A stretch of 49,227 bases of DNA, taken from positions 1 to 49,227 of the forward strand of contig CAYNUP010000158.1 of assembly GCA_964400565.1 (NCBI GenBank), given 5' to 3'. The translations under genes were made by a program, and so were the position numbers. The notes below the pieces were generated by a model. That model was given only the letters and a program-made list of their open reading frames with translations, was not told where the DNA came from and made no database searches. Source of the stretch: an uncultured bacterium. Its GTDB lineage: Bacteria > Ratteibacteria > UBA8468 > B48-G9 > JAFGKM01. Numbering within the stretch: the first letter of the stretch is position 1; the number at the start of each line of letters is the position of its first letter. Positions 36,914-45,629 of this stretch are shown here, piece after piece.

Positions 36914-38056
36914 TTACTTCGCCTCCCTTGCCATTTCTGCTGATATTCCTTCCTCTCTTTTTTCTTTCAAGATTTCCTCTCCAAGAACTCCTTCAGCAAC
37001 AAGTTGTGCTTTGACATTTTCAGGGTCATAACTGAATGTCAGAACATCATCAAGTCCAATTTTACCCTCTTTAAAAAGTCGCATCAAAAATGAATCCATA
37101 GTTACCATACCCCATTTTCCTCCTGTCTGTATCTCTGAAATAATCCTGTATGTTTTTCTTTCCCTTATTAAATTCTGAATTGATGGAGTAGCGACCATTA
37201 CTTCAAAAGCAGCAACTCTTCCAGGTTTATCAATTCTTTTTAATAAGACCTGTGAGATAATTGCTAAAATTGAAACAGAAAGCATAACCCTTATCTGTTC
37301 CTGCTGAGCAACAGGGAAAACATTTACAATTCTATCAACTGTTCTTGCTGCACCTGTTGTATGTAATGTAGCAAATACAATATGGCCTGTTTCTGCTGCT
37401 GTTATTGCTGCTTCTATTGTTTCAAGATCTCTCATTTCACCAACAAGAAATACATCTGGGTCCTGTCTTAAACCTCTTCTTAATGCTTCAGCAAATGTAG
37501 GAACATCAACTCCAAGTTCTCTCTGTGTTATTATTGACCTTTTATGTGAATGATAATATTCAATTGGGTCTTCAATTGTTATTATATGTCTTTCAAGATT
37601 TGTATTAATCCAGTCAACCATTGTAGCAAGAGTCGTTGTTTTACCAGAACCTGTTGGTCCTGTAACAAGAATAAGTCCTCTTGGTCTTGTTAATAAATAT
37701 TTCATAGTATTTTCATCAAGACCTATCTCTTGAAATGTTAAAAATTTATAAGGGATTAACCTTAAAGCAAGAGCCACATGTCCCCTTTCTTTAAATACAC
37801 TTACTCTAAATCTTGCAAGGTCTCTAAAAGCAAAGCCAAAATCTGTTCCACCTACTTTCTGTAGTTCTTCCTGATGTTCTCTTGATGTAATTGCTTTCAT
37901 ATAATTTACTGTATCTTCAGGAGTTAATGGTTCACTATCAAGTTTATGGAGTCCTCCATGAAGACGAGCCATAGGAGGAAGTCCAACATTCAAATGTAAA
38001 TCTGATGCATTTTCTTTAACAACAAATTCAAGCAATTCTTCTATCCTTTTTGCCAT
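36914..38056 (-). CDS. pilT: type IV pilus twitching motility (retraction) ATPase PilT
   Basis: ASDLHL N-terminus, GPTGSGKTTT, VFLVGEMRD, ATLHTTGA, AIISQVL. About 380 aa with no N-terminal GSPII_E_N domain, which fits PilT/PilU rather than PilB. Confidence 0.9.
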   Translation of the reverse strand: MAKRIEELLEFVVKENASDLHLNVGLPPMARLHGGLHKLDSEPLTPEDTVNYMKAITSREHQEELQKVGGTDFGFAFRDLARFRVSVFKERGHVALALRLIPYKFLTFQEIGLDENTMKYLLTRPRGLILVTGPTGSGKTTTLATMVDWINTNLERHIITIEDPIEYYHSHKRSIITQRELGVDVPTFAEALRRGLRQDPDVFLVGEMRDLETIEAAITAAETGHIVFATLHTTGAARTVDRIVNVFPVAQQEQIRVMLSVSILAIISQVLLKRIDKPGRVAAFEVMVATPSIQNLIRERKTYRIISEIQTGGKWGMVTMDSFLMRLFKEGKIGLDDVLTFSYDPENVKAQLVAEGVLGEEILKEKREEGISAEMAREAK

Positions 38057-39769
38057 TTATCCCTCCTGTCCTGTAACAGATATAACCTCATCAATAGTTG
38101 TTATCCCAATCTTTACCTTCAAAATACCATCCTCATACATACTCCTCATACCTCCCCTTTCCGCTGCTTTCCTTAACTCTTCTGCACTTACCCTTCTTAA
38201 TGTCAACTCTCTCAGTTCATCATTCATAACAAATATTTCAAAAATACCTATTCTTCCGTAAAATCCAGTAAATCCACATTCATTACACCCTTTTGGCTGA
38301 CATACATTAACTTCTTCTCCTTCTTTTATTTTCAACAATTTTTTCAATCTCTCATCCGGTTCAATTTTTTCTTTACAATATGGACATAAAACCCTTACAA
38401 GACGCTGTGCCATAACTCCCTGAACTGCTGATGCAACTAAAAATGGTGGCATGCCGAGGTCTATCAATCTTGTTATTGCACTTGGAGCATCATTTGTATG
38501 TAATGTGGAGAAAACAAGATGTCCTGTTAATGCTGCTCTTAAAGCAATATCTGCTGTTTCCTTGTCCCTGATTTCACCCACAAGTATAACATCAGGAGAT
38601 TGTCTTAAAAATGCTCTTAAAACATTTGCAAAAGTTAGTCCAATTTCTGCATTAACAGGCGTTTGATTTATACCCGGAATCTGATACTCAACTGGTTCTT
38701 CAACTGTCATAATTTTCCTATCTATTGTATTTAATTGCTGAAGAGATGCATAAAGAGTTGTTGTTTTACCAGAACCTGTTGGTCCTGTTACAAGAACAAG
38801 TCCTCCTGTAAATTGCAAAATTTTATTCCATTTTTCAAGGTCATCTGGCAAAAATCCAAGTTTATCAAGTCCTATCAACATCCTTGTTTTATCAAGGATT
38901 CTCAATACAACACTTTCTCCATAAATCCCTGGTAAAGTTGAAACTCTAAAATCAATAGGTCTCCCCCCTATATCAAGCATTATTCTACCATCTTGAGGAA
39001 GTCTTTTTTCTGCTATATCCATCTTTGACATTAATTTTATTCTTGCAATAACTGCTCTTTCTATTCTTTTTGGTGGAGATACGATTTCATATAAAACACC
39101 ATCTATTCTAAATCTAACTCTAAATTTTTTCTCAAGTGGTTCAAGATGGATATCACTTGCTCTTCTTCTCAATGCTTCAACAAAAATTAAATTAACTATT
39201 TTTACAACAGGTGCCTGTAAAGCGAGTGTTTCTTCATCTTCTTCTACCTCTTCTAAATTAGGAAGGTCCATATCAATTGTTGCACTACTGGCTTCCTGTA
39301 ACATTGCTGTCAAATCTTCCATATCCTCCTCTCCATAATATTTTTCAAGTAACTGGTCTATCTCTTCTCTAAAAGTAACTATCATTTCAACATTTTTTAT
39401 CCCTTCAATACCTGCAACTTTTTTAAAATAATCAGCAGCAAGAATATTTAAAGGGTCATCTGTAACAAAAACAAGGGCATTGTCTCTTTTTTCCCATGGA
39501 ACAACTCTGTGATTTTTAACAATTTTAGGAGGAAGAATACTTATTACTTCTTGAGGAATTTCTCTTAAAGGAAGTTCTCTCTGAACGATACCAAGTTGAA
39601 AATAAAAGGAAGGACTGATTTCTCCAAAAGGAAGCATCCCTTTACCCTGAAAAATTTCTCTTAATCTCTGACCAGTCCTTTCCTGTTCCTCAAGTGCCTG
39701 TTCAATACTCCTTCTATCCCAGAGGCCAATATTTTGAATTACATTTATAATTTCTCTTTTTGTTGGCAT
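38057..39769 (-). CDS. pilB: GspE/PilB-family pilus extension ATPase (paralogue 1, degenerate N-terminal repeats)
   Basis: GPTGSGKTTT, ILVGEIRD, STLHTNDA, CPYC...CNEC tetracysteine site. 570 aa. Confidence 0.9.
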   Translation of the reverse strand: MPTKREIINVIQNIGLWDRRSIEQALEEQERTGQRLREIFQGKGMLPFGEISPSFYFQLGIVQRELPLREIPQEVISILPPKIVKNHRVVPWEKRDNALVFVTDDPLNILAADYFKKVAGIEGIKNVEMIVTFREEIDQLLEKYYGEEDMEDLTAMLQEASSATIDMDLPNLEEVEEDEETLALQAPVVKIVNLIFVEALRRRASDIHLEPLEKKFRVRFRIDGVLYEIVSPPKRIERAVIARIKLMSKMDIAEKRLPQDGRIMLDIGGRPIDFRVSTLPGIYGESVVLRILDKTRMLIGLDKLGFLPDDLEKWNKILQFTGGLVLVTGPTGSGKTTTLYASLQQLNTIDRKIMTVEEPVEYQIPGINQTPVNAEIGLTFANVLRAFLRQSPDVILVGEIRDKETADIALRAALTGHLVFSTLHTNDAPSAITRLIDLGMPPFLVASAVQGVMAQRLVRVLCPYCKEKIEPDERLKKLLKIKEGEEVNVCQPKGCNECGFTGFYGRIGIFEIFVMNDELRELTLRRVSAEELRKAAERGGMRSMYEDGILKVKIGITTIDEVISVTGQEG

Positions 39770-39804
39770 TGCGAAAATATTTTACCTCTAAAAATAAAAA
39801 ATTG

Positions 39805-40020
39805 TCAAGATATTTTTTTTAGATAATTTTCAATCGCCTCAACAATAAATTGTGAAACTGTCTTTTCTTCTTCAACTACTTTATGTTTCACTTTTTTCAT
39901 AAGTTCAATAGGTAAAATAAATGTATATTTTTTACTTTTTCCCTGTCCTTTTAAATCCTCTTTTACCTCAACTTTTTTTACTTCAAATAATTTTTTCGTC
40001 TGAGGTCCAAGTCGTTTCAT
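39805..40020 (-). CDS. ribbon-helix-helix (CopG/ParG-like) small DNA-binding protein
   Basis: 71 aa. Lys-rich, probably disordered N-terminal tail, then a beta-strand KYTFILPIEL and helices MKKVKHKVVEEEKTVSQFIVEAIENYLKK. The ATG overlaps the parA stop (ATGA). Confidence 0.5.
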   Translation of the reverse strand: MKRLGPQTKKLFEVKKVEVKEDLKGQGKSKKYTFILPIELMKKVKHKVVEEEKTVSQFIVEAIENYLKKIS

Positions 40021-40787
40021 TTTATTCTCCTTTTTAATTCTTTTGCAAGATTCAAAAAATCAATTGCTCCTTGAGAATTTTTTGCATAATCAAATATCGT
40101 TTTACCAAAAGAAGGACATTCTCTTAACCTACTACATACTTTTATTCCATTTTTAAAAAGTTTATCTTTAAATTCCTGCCTTAATAATTCTAAACTTTCT
40201 TCTGTTATTTTCAATCTATAATCAAGCATATTTGGAACAATCCCAAGTATTTCAATTTCAGGATTTAATTTTTTCTTAACAAGGTCAATAGTTTCAAGTA
40301 AATTGGCAAGTCCCTGTAAGGAAAGATAATCTGCAATAACAGGAATAATTACATATCTTGAAGCACATAATCCATTTATTGTTAAAAGAGAAAGTGATGG
40401 AGGACAGTCAATAAAAATAAAATCAAATGATTTAAGAATTTCAGTTGCATTTTCAATTGCTTTTTTTAAATAAAACTGATTTTTGCTTCTATTTGCAATT
40501 TCAAGTTCAATATGGGCAAGGTCTGGATTTGAAGGGATAATTGATAAATCAGCAATATAACTATCAACCATAACATCTTCTATTCTTGCTTGACCAAGAA
40601 TAAAATCACTTACTGTTAAATCATCCGGTTTTAAATTTATACCAACACTTACAGTTGAATTTCCCTGTGGGTCAAGGTCTATTATTAAAACTCTTTCTTT
40701 CAGTTTTACTAAAGCAGATGCAAGATTAACACATATTGTTGTTTTTCCTGTCCCACCTTTTTGATTTGAAAATGCAATTATATTCAT
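40017..40787 (-). CDS. parA: ParA/Soj-family deviant Walker A ATPase
   Basis: IIAFSNQKGGTGKTTICVNLA (KGGxGKT), IIDLDPQGN, FIFIDCPPSL. Confidence 0.85.
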   Translation of the reverse strand: MNIIAFSNQKGGTGKTTICVNLASALVKLKERVLIIDLDPQGNSTVSVGINLKPDDLTVSDFILGQARIEDVMVDSYIADLSIIPSNPDLAHIELEIANRSKNQFYLKKAIENATEILKSFDFIFIDCPPSLSLLTINGLCASRYVIIPVIADYLSLQGLANLLETIDLVKKKLNPEIEILGIVPNMLDYRLKITEESLELLRQEFKDKLFKNGIKVCSRLRECPSFGKTIFDYAKNSQGAIDFLNLAKELKRRIK

Positions 40788-40791
40788 AATT

Positions 40792-41808
40792 TTATAAAAG
40801 GCGCATTTCTATCATTTTTTCAGCAATTTGTATCGCATTTAAGGCAGCACCCTTTCTTATATTATCACTTACAACCCACATATCAAGAGAATTTTCAAGA
40901 CATACATTTTTCCTTATTCTTCCTACAAAAACCTCATCCTTACCCGAAACAAACAGAGGCATCGGGTATAAACTATTTTCTGGCTGGTCAATAACTTTTA
41001 TTCCAGGTGAATTTTTAAGTATTTCTCTTGCTATTTCAATGTCAACTTTTTTTTCAAATTGTGCTGTTATACTTTCAGAATGTCCATTAAAAACAGGAAC
41101 TCTTACACAGGTGGCAGAAACTTTTAAATCAGGTAAATCCATAATTTTCCTTGTTTCTTTTATCATTTTTACTTCCTCTGTATAATAACCTATAAATTCT
41201 TCGCTTAAAGAACCAATTTCAGGAATAACATTCCCAAATATTTGATAAGGATATACCTCATTTATTATTTTTTCACCCTTTATATAACTTTCAATCTGCT
41301 TCTGCAATTCTTCAACTGCCTTTTTTCCTGTTCCTGAAACTGCCTGATAGGTTGAAACAATTACTCTTTTAAGTCCAAATTCAATATGAAGAGGATATAA
41401 AGCAACAACCATCTGAATTGTGGAACAGTTTGGATTTGAAATAAAACCCTGATGCTTTTTAAGATGGTCTGGATTAACTTCAGGAACAACAAGAGGAACC
41501 CTTTCATCCATTCTAAAATCTGCTCCATTATCTATTACGATACAGCCCATTTTTACTGCTTCCCATCCAAATAGTTTACTCGCTCCTTTTTCTCCTTCTG
41601 TTCCTGCAAAAAATGCAATATCAATACCTTTAAATGATTCAATTTTTGTTTTTTCTATTTTAAAATTTATTCCTGCTATTTCCTCAGTTCTCTCCTTTGT
41701 TGCAAGAATTTTTAAATTTTTAAAAGGGAACTTTCTCTCAATCAATATTTCCACCATTTTTTTACCAACCATACCAGCACCAACAACACAAATATTATAC
41801 TTTTTCAT
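40792..41808 (-). CDS. asd: aspartate-semialdehyde dehydrogenase
   Basis: VVGAGMVG Rossmann N-terminus, the active-site stretch NPNCSTIQMV, and SGTGKKA. Confidence 0.95.
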   Translation of the reverse strand: MKKYNICVVGAGMVGKKMVEILIERKFPFKNLKILATKERTEEIAGINFKIEKTKIESFKGIDIAFFAGTEGEKGASKLFGWEAVKMGCIVIDNGADFRMDERVPLVVPEVNPDHLKKHQGFISNPNCSTIQMVVALYPLHIEFGLKRVIVSTYQAVSGTGKKAVEELQKQIESYIKGEKIINEVYPYQIFGNVIPEIGSLSEEFIGYYTEEVKMIKETRKIMDLPDLKVSATCVRVPVFNGHSESITAQFEKKVDIEIAREILKNSPGIKVIDQPENSLYPMPLFVSGKDEVFVGRIRKNVCLENSLDMWVVSDNIRKGAALNAIQIAEKMIEMRLL

Positions 41809-42367
41809 TTACTCTCCTTTTTACACTTTCTGCAAAAATACCTGCCATAATTGCTTTAAAAATATCAAATGGAATAAATGGTAAAACACCAAGAAAAATT
41901 AAATCTTTTAATCCTTTATTAATAAAAAATTTAAGCCATAAAATTCCAAAGAAATAAATTATTAAACTTGCAAAAATCATGCCCAAAATTTTATTTTTCC
42001 TTTCAGTAAAATAACCTGCTATATAAGAAGCAAAAATAAATCCAATTATATATCCAGTTGTAGGTCTTAAAATACCTCCAGAAACGCTGTAAAACCAGTT
42101 TATCCCTGAAATTCCTCCTAAAAAATAAAAAATCTGAGATAAAGAACCAAAATTTTTACCAAGAAGAATTCCAGAAAGTAAAACTGCAAATGTCTGGAAT
42201 GTAAAAGGAACTGGAGTAAATGGAAGTTTTATATAAATCTGCGCAGAAAGACCTGTAATAATTGAAAAAACAATAGAAAGCAAAATCTTTTCAGCAATTC
42301 CCATTAAATTATATAATTCAAAATATTTATCCCATAATCTTGCCCAATTTTTATTAATAAATCCCAT
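41795..42367 (-). CDS. bioY: biotin transporter BioY (ECF S-component)
   Basis: 190 aa, six TM helices, with PFTPVPFTFQTFAVLLSG and the GYIIGF motifs of BioY. Confidence 0.85.
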   Translation of the reverse strand: MGFINKNWARLWDKYFELYNLMGIAEKILLSIVFSIITGLSAQIYIKLPFTPVPFTFQTFAVLLSGILLGKNFGSLSQIFYFLGGISGINWFYSVSGGILRPTTGYIIGFIFASYIAGYFTERKNKILGMIFASLIIYFFGILWLKFFINKGLKDLIFLGVLPFIPFDIFKAIMAGIFAESVKRRVNEKV

Positions 42368-42401
42368 ATTTCTCCCTTTTAAATTTCTGTAATTATATCC
42401 T

Positions 42402-43643
42402 TCAGTTTCTCCTCTTTCCCTTTCGGTGAAATAACTGCAAGATATAAATTTTCTTTTTTAAATATTTTGCTATTTCCTCTACTTCAACTTTTTTTACTTT
42501 TTCAACCTTATTAATTATTTCCTTTATTTTTTCCATTTTTTTCTTCAATAGTTTTTGCTCGCCTATCCATAACATATATTCAAGATTATCTTCAAGCCCC
42601 ATTAAAAATTGAGATATTAAGAATCTTTTCCCTCTTTCAAGTTCGTCTTCTTTTATCCCTTTGGTTTTTATCTCCTTCATTTCTTTTATTATCTCTACCA
42701 TTGCTTTTTCAAGATTTTCAGGAGATATTCCAGCAGAAATATTGAAAATTCCTGTATCTTGATAATGCCTTACAAAACTTCTTATTTCATATGCAAGACC
42801 AAGTTCTTCTCTTATTTTATTGAACAATCTACTGCTCATATTACCACCAAGTATTACATTCAGAAGAGATAAAGGATATTTTCTTTCATCTTCAAATGAA
42901 TAACAGAAACCACCAAATGAAATATGTGTTTGCTCTGTTTCTTTTATCATCAATTTAACCTTTGGGCCATCTGATTTTCTTTCCCATTTTTCAAATATAT
43001 TTTCTTTTTTTGTTTCAATATCAGAGAAAAATTTTTTAAATATTTTTTTAAGTTTTTTTTCGTCAAATCTACCCGCAACACTTACAACTATATTTTCCCC
43101 TGTATACTTTGAATTAATATAATTCAGAAGGTCCTCCCTTTTTATTTTTGATAATGTTTCAGGAGTCCCTGATATTGGCATTCCAAGGGGATGATTCTCA
43201 AATACCAGATTGTCAAATAATTCATGAACATATCTTGCAGGAATATCCCTGTACATATTTATTTCTTCAATAATTACATTCCTTTCCTTCTCTATATCTT
43301 CCTCTTTCAGCAAAGGGTTTTTTATCATATCAGAAAGGATATCAAAACTTAATTCTATATACTTATCAAGAATTTTAATCCAGTAACATGTCCCTTCTGT
43401 TGATGTAAAACCATTAAATGAACCTCCAACTCCTTCAATTGATTCTTTTATTTCATTACAACTTCTATTTTTTGTTCCTTTAAATAAAAGATGTTCAATA
43501 AAATGTGAGATACCTGCCTGTTCAATTTTTTCATATCTACTGCCTGTTTTAACAAATATACCAACTGCAACTGAATGAAACTCTGGAAATTTTTTATATA
43601 TAAGTTTCACACCATTTTCCCCTTGGTATTCATACCAATCCAT
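42402..43643 (-). CDS. M16 family (pitrilysin/insulinase-like) zinc peptidase
   Basis: GISHFIEHLLFKGT contains the inverted zinc motif HxxEH. The downstream E (in EGTCYW) fits the third zinc ligand region. 413 aa. Confidence 0.85.
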   Translation of the reverse strand: MDWYEYQGENGVKLIYKKFPEFHSVAVGIFVKTGSRYEKIEQAGISHFIEHLLFKGTKNRSCNEIKESIEGVGGSFNGFTSTEGTCYWIKILDKYIELSFDILSDMIKNPLLKEEDIEKERNVIIEEINMYRDIPARYVHELFDNLVFENHPLGMPISGTPETLSKIKREDLLNYINSKYTGENIVVSVAGRFDEKKLKKIFKKFFSDIETKKENIFEKWERKSDGPKVKLMIKETEQTHISFGGFCYSFEDERKYPLSLLNVILGGNMSSRLFNKIREELGLAYEIRSFVRHYQDTGIFNISAGISPENLEKAMVEIIKEMKEIKTKGIKEDELERGKRFLISQFLMGLEDNLEYMLWIGEQKLLKKKMEKIKEIINKVEKVKKVEVEEIAKYLKKKIYILQLFHRKGKRRN

Positions 43644-43653
43644 TTTTTCTCCT

Positions 43654-43681
43654 TTGACAGATATTTTTTTTGATTTATAAT
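43654..43681 (+). promoter_or_regulatory. candidate sigma70 promoter
   Basis: Consensus TTGACA (43654-43659), N16, TATAAT (43676-43681), 37 nt upstream of the ATG at 43718. Confidence 0.5.
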
Positions 43682-43717
43682 ATCACAAAAAAGAAGAAAA
43701 TAAAAGGGGAGGAAAAA

Positions 43718-44593
43718 ATGAGAATAGGTTTTATGATGAAATTTGATAAAGAGAGGATTGAATTTGCTAAAAAGGTTGGTTTCCGCAGTTGTGAATTAAG
43801 GGTAACTCCAGACGATGAGTTTTTCCCTGGAAAGGATGGATGGGAAAAAAAGGCAAAAGAAATAGCAGAGTATTATAAAGAAAATGGGATAAGAATCTCA
43901 TGTATTGCAGGATTTTATGTAAATCATATGGACACTTCAAGGGAAGAAGAATATAAAAAACTTGTAAGGGATGTAATACTTCTTGCTGAAAAAATGGGAG
44001 TTGGTGTGGTTGCAGGATTTTCAGGAAGGATAGTTGGTAGACCTCTTGAAGAAAGTATCCCTAAATTTGTTGAAATATGGAGCGAGCATTCTAAATTTGC
44101 AGAAGAGCATGGGATTAAAATTGCTTTTGAAAACTGTCCTATGGGTGAATTTCATACTCCTTCAAATGGAACAAATTTTATGTGCACACCTAAAATGTGG
44201 GAGATTGCTTTTTCAGAAGTAAAATCAGAAGCAATAGGTCTTGAATGGGATCCGAGCCACTTGATATGTCAGTTTATAGACCCTGTAATTACAATAAAAG
44301 AATTTGGTAAAAGAATTTATCATGTCCATGCAAAAGATGCACATGTTAACTGGGATATAGTGAAAAAATATGGTTTCTGGTATCACAGAGCAATAGAACA
44401 CTGTTTCCCTGGACTTGGTGATACTGACTGGAGATTATGCATAAAAGAATTGAACAGGGTTGGATATAAAGGAGATTTGAATATAGAAGGATGGCACGAC
44501 CTTGTTTACAATGACAGGGTTGAAAAAGGGAAAGAAGATGAAGGACTTATTATATCATTTAAACATTTAAGCCAATTTATTGTTCAGGATTAA
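43718..44593 (+). CDS. sugar phosphate isomerase/epimerase (xylose isomerase-like TIM barrel)
   Basis: ORF track starts at TTG 43670, inside the promoter. ATG at 43718 follows AAAGGGGAGG. IAFENCP, HVHAKD and NIEGWHD are family metal-site motifs. Confidence 0.7.
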   Translation: MRIGFMMKFDKERIEFAKKVGFRSCELRVTPDDEFFPGKDGWEKKAKEIAEYYKENGIRISCIAGFYVNHMDTSREEEYKKLVRDVILLAEKMGVGVVAGFSGRIVGRPLEESIPKFVEIWSEHSKFAEEHGIKIAFENCPMGEFHTPSNGTNFMCTPKMWEIAFSEVKSEAIGLEWDPSHLICQFIDPVITIKEFGKRIYHVHAKDAHVNWDIVKKYGFWYHRAIEHCFPGLGDTDWRLCIKELNRVGYKGDLNIEGWHDLVYNDRVEKGKEDEGLIISFKHLSQFIVQD

Positions 44594-44670
44594 TACAAAT
44601 CTGACATCGTAATTTATTTTTTCTGCCTTAAATTTGTAGTATAATTAAATTGAAAGGAGGTGAGAAAAAA

Positions 44671-45291
44671 ATGGTGGAATATATTAAATGGATGGGACAT
44701 GCTTCTGTTTTAATTTCAATTGCTGGAAAAAATATTTATGTAGACCCATGGAAAATTATTAGAAATGAACCGAAAGCAGATCTGGTTTTAGTTACTCATC
44801 CTCATTATGACCATTTTAGTCCTGATGATATAAATAAAATTGCCAAAAAAGAAACTATTATTGTTGGACCACATGATGTTATGAAACTTAAAACTGCTGA
44901 AAAGAAAAGCATAATTCCTGGAGAAGAAATAGATTTTGGATGGGTTAAGGTAAAAGGAATTCCAGCATATAACATAAATAAAAATTTCCATCCAAAAATT
45001 AATAACTGGGTTGGATATTTGATAGAGATTGAAAATAAAAAAATTTATATAGCGGGAGATACTGATTTTATACCCGAAATGAAGGAAATATCCGCAGATG
45101 TAGCAATTTTACCTGTCGGAGGGATATATACAATGACAGCAGAGGAAGCAGCAAATGCAGTAAATACAATGAAACCTAAAATAGCAATACCATATCATTA
45201 TGGAGATATTGTTGGTTCTGAAAAGGATGCGAAACTTTTTTCTTCTTTTGTTTTGAATGCAAAGGTGGAAATTTTGAGAGTTGAGAAATAA
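44671..45291 (+). CDS. MBL-fold metallo-hydrolase
   Basis: LVLVTHPHYDHF (HxHxDH), IAGDTDF, and a YHYG end. ATG at 44671 follows AAAGGAGGTGA; ORF track starts at TTG 44650. Confidence 0.8.
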   Translation: MVEYIKWMGHASVLISIAGKNIYVDPWKIIRNEPKADLVLVTHPHYDHFSPDDINKIAKKETIIVGPHDVMKLKTAEKKSIIPGEEIDFGWVKVKGIPAYNINKNFHPKINNWVGYLIEIENKKIYIAGDTDFIPEMKEISADVAILPVGGIYTMTAEEAANAVNTMKPKIAIPYHYGDIVGSEKDAKLFSSFVLNAKVEILRVEK

Positions 45292-45292
45292 T

Positions 45293-45616
45293 TTAAATTT
45301 CACTTATACTTGTAGGAGGAGCATTTTTAACTTTTACAAAAATCCTTAATCCTTCTGAAATAATCTCAATGTTTTCTATGTCAAAGTCGTCTGGTAAAAT
45401 TCTTATATGAGAAATATTATCCCTTGGTATCAATATTATCCTTTTTTCCTTATCTACATCAACAGGAGTTACCTGCCCTTTCATAACTACAATCCCTTTG
45501 CCTTCAACCATAACCCAGTTTTCTGTAAATTTCAAAACTTTACCAATAAAAACCCATAATTTCTGTTCTGCAAAATATTTTTTAAATCTTACCTTTACAA
45601 TTTTACCTTCTATCAT
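45293..45616 (-). CDS. hypothetical protein (small, predicted beta-rich)
   Basis: ORF with an AAGGGG Shine-Dalgarno before ATG at 45616; the ORF-track start 45646 is TTG. It is co-directional with the ACD gene and 13 nt downstream of it. I recognise no family signature. Confidence 0.4.
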   Translation of the reverse strand: MIEGKIVKVRFKKYFAEQKLWVFIGKVLKFTENWVMVEGKGIVVMKGQVTPVDVDKEKRIILIPRDNISHIRILPDDFDIENIEIISEGLRIFVKVKNAPPTSISEI

Positions 45617-45629
45617 AAAACCCCTTTTT

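Noticed and set aside
33866-39769. Higher GC content of the pilB/pilT/pilC genes (about 33-38% in lines I counted, against about 23-28% in many neighbours) as a sign of horizontal transfer.
   Set aside because: asd showed a similarly raised GC (about 35% in the one line I counted) and other strongly conserved core genes probably do too. The shift fits amino-acid constraint rather than foreign origin. A proper windowed GC and codon-usage calculation would be needed to settle it.
31471-40787. tRNA-flanked genomic island carrying the pilus genes, a toxin-antitoxin pair and a plasmid-like parA.
   Set aside because: The pilus block lies on the 5' side of the tRNA, whereas integrases target the 3' end. 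I saw no integrase and no direct repeat of the tRNA 3' end. The block is contiguous with core genes (asd, bioY), separated by 4-nt and overlapping junctions.
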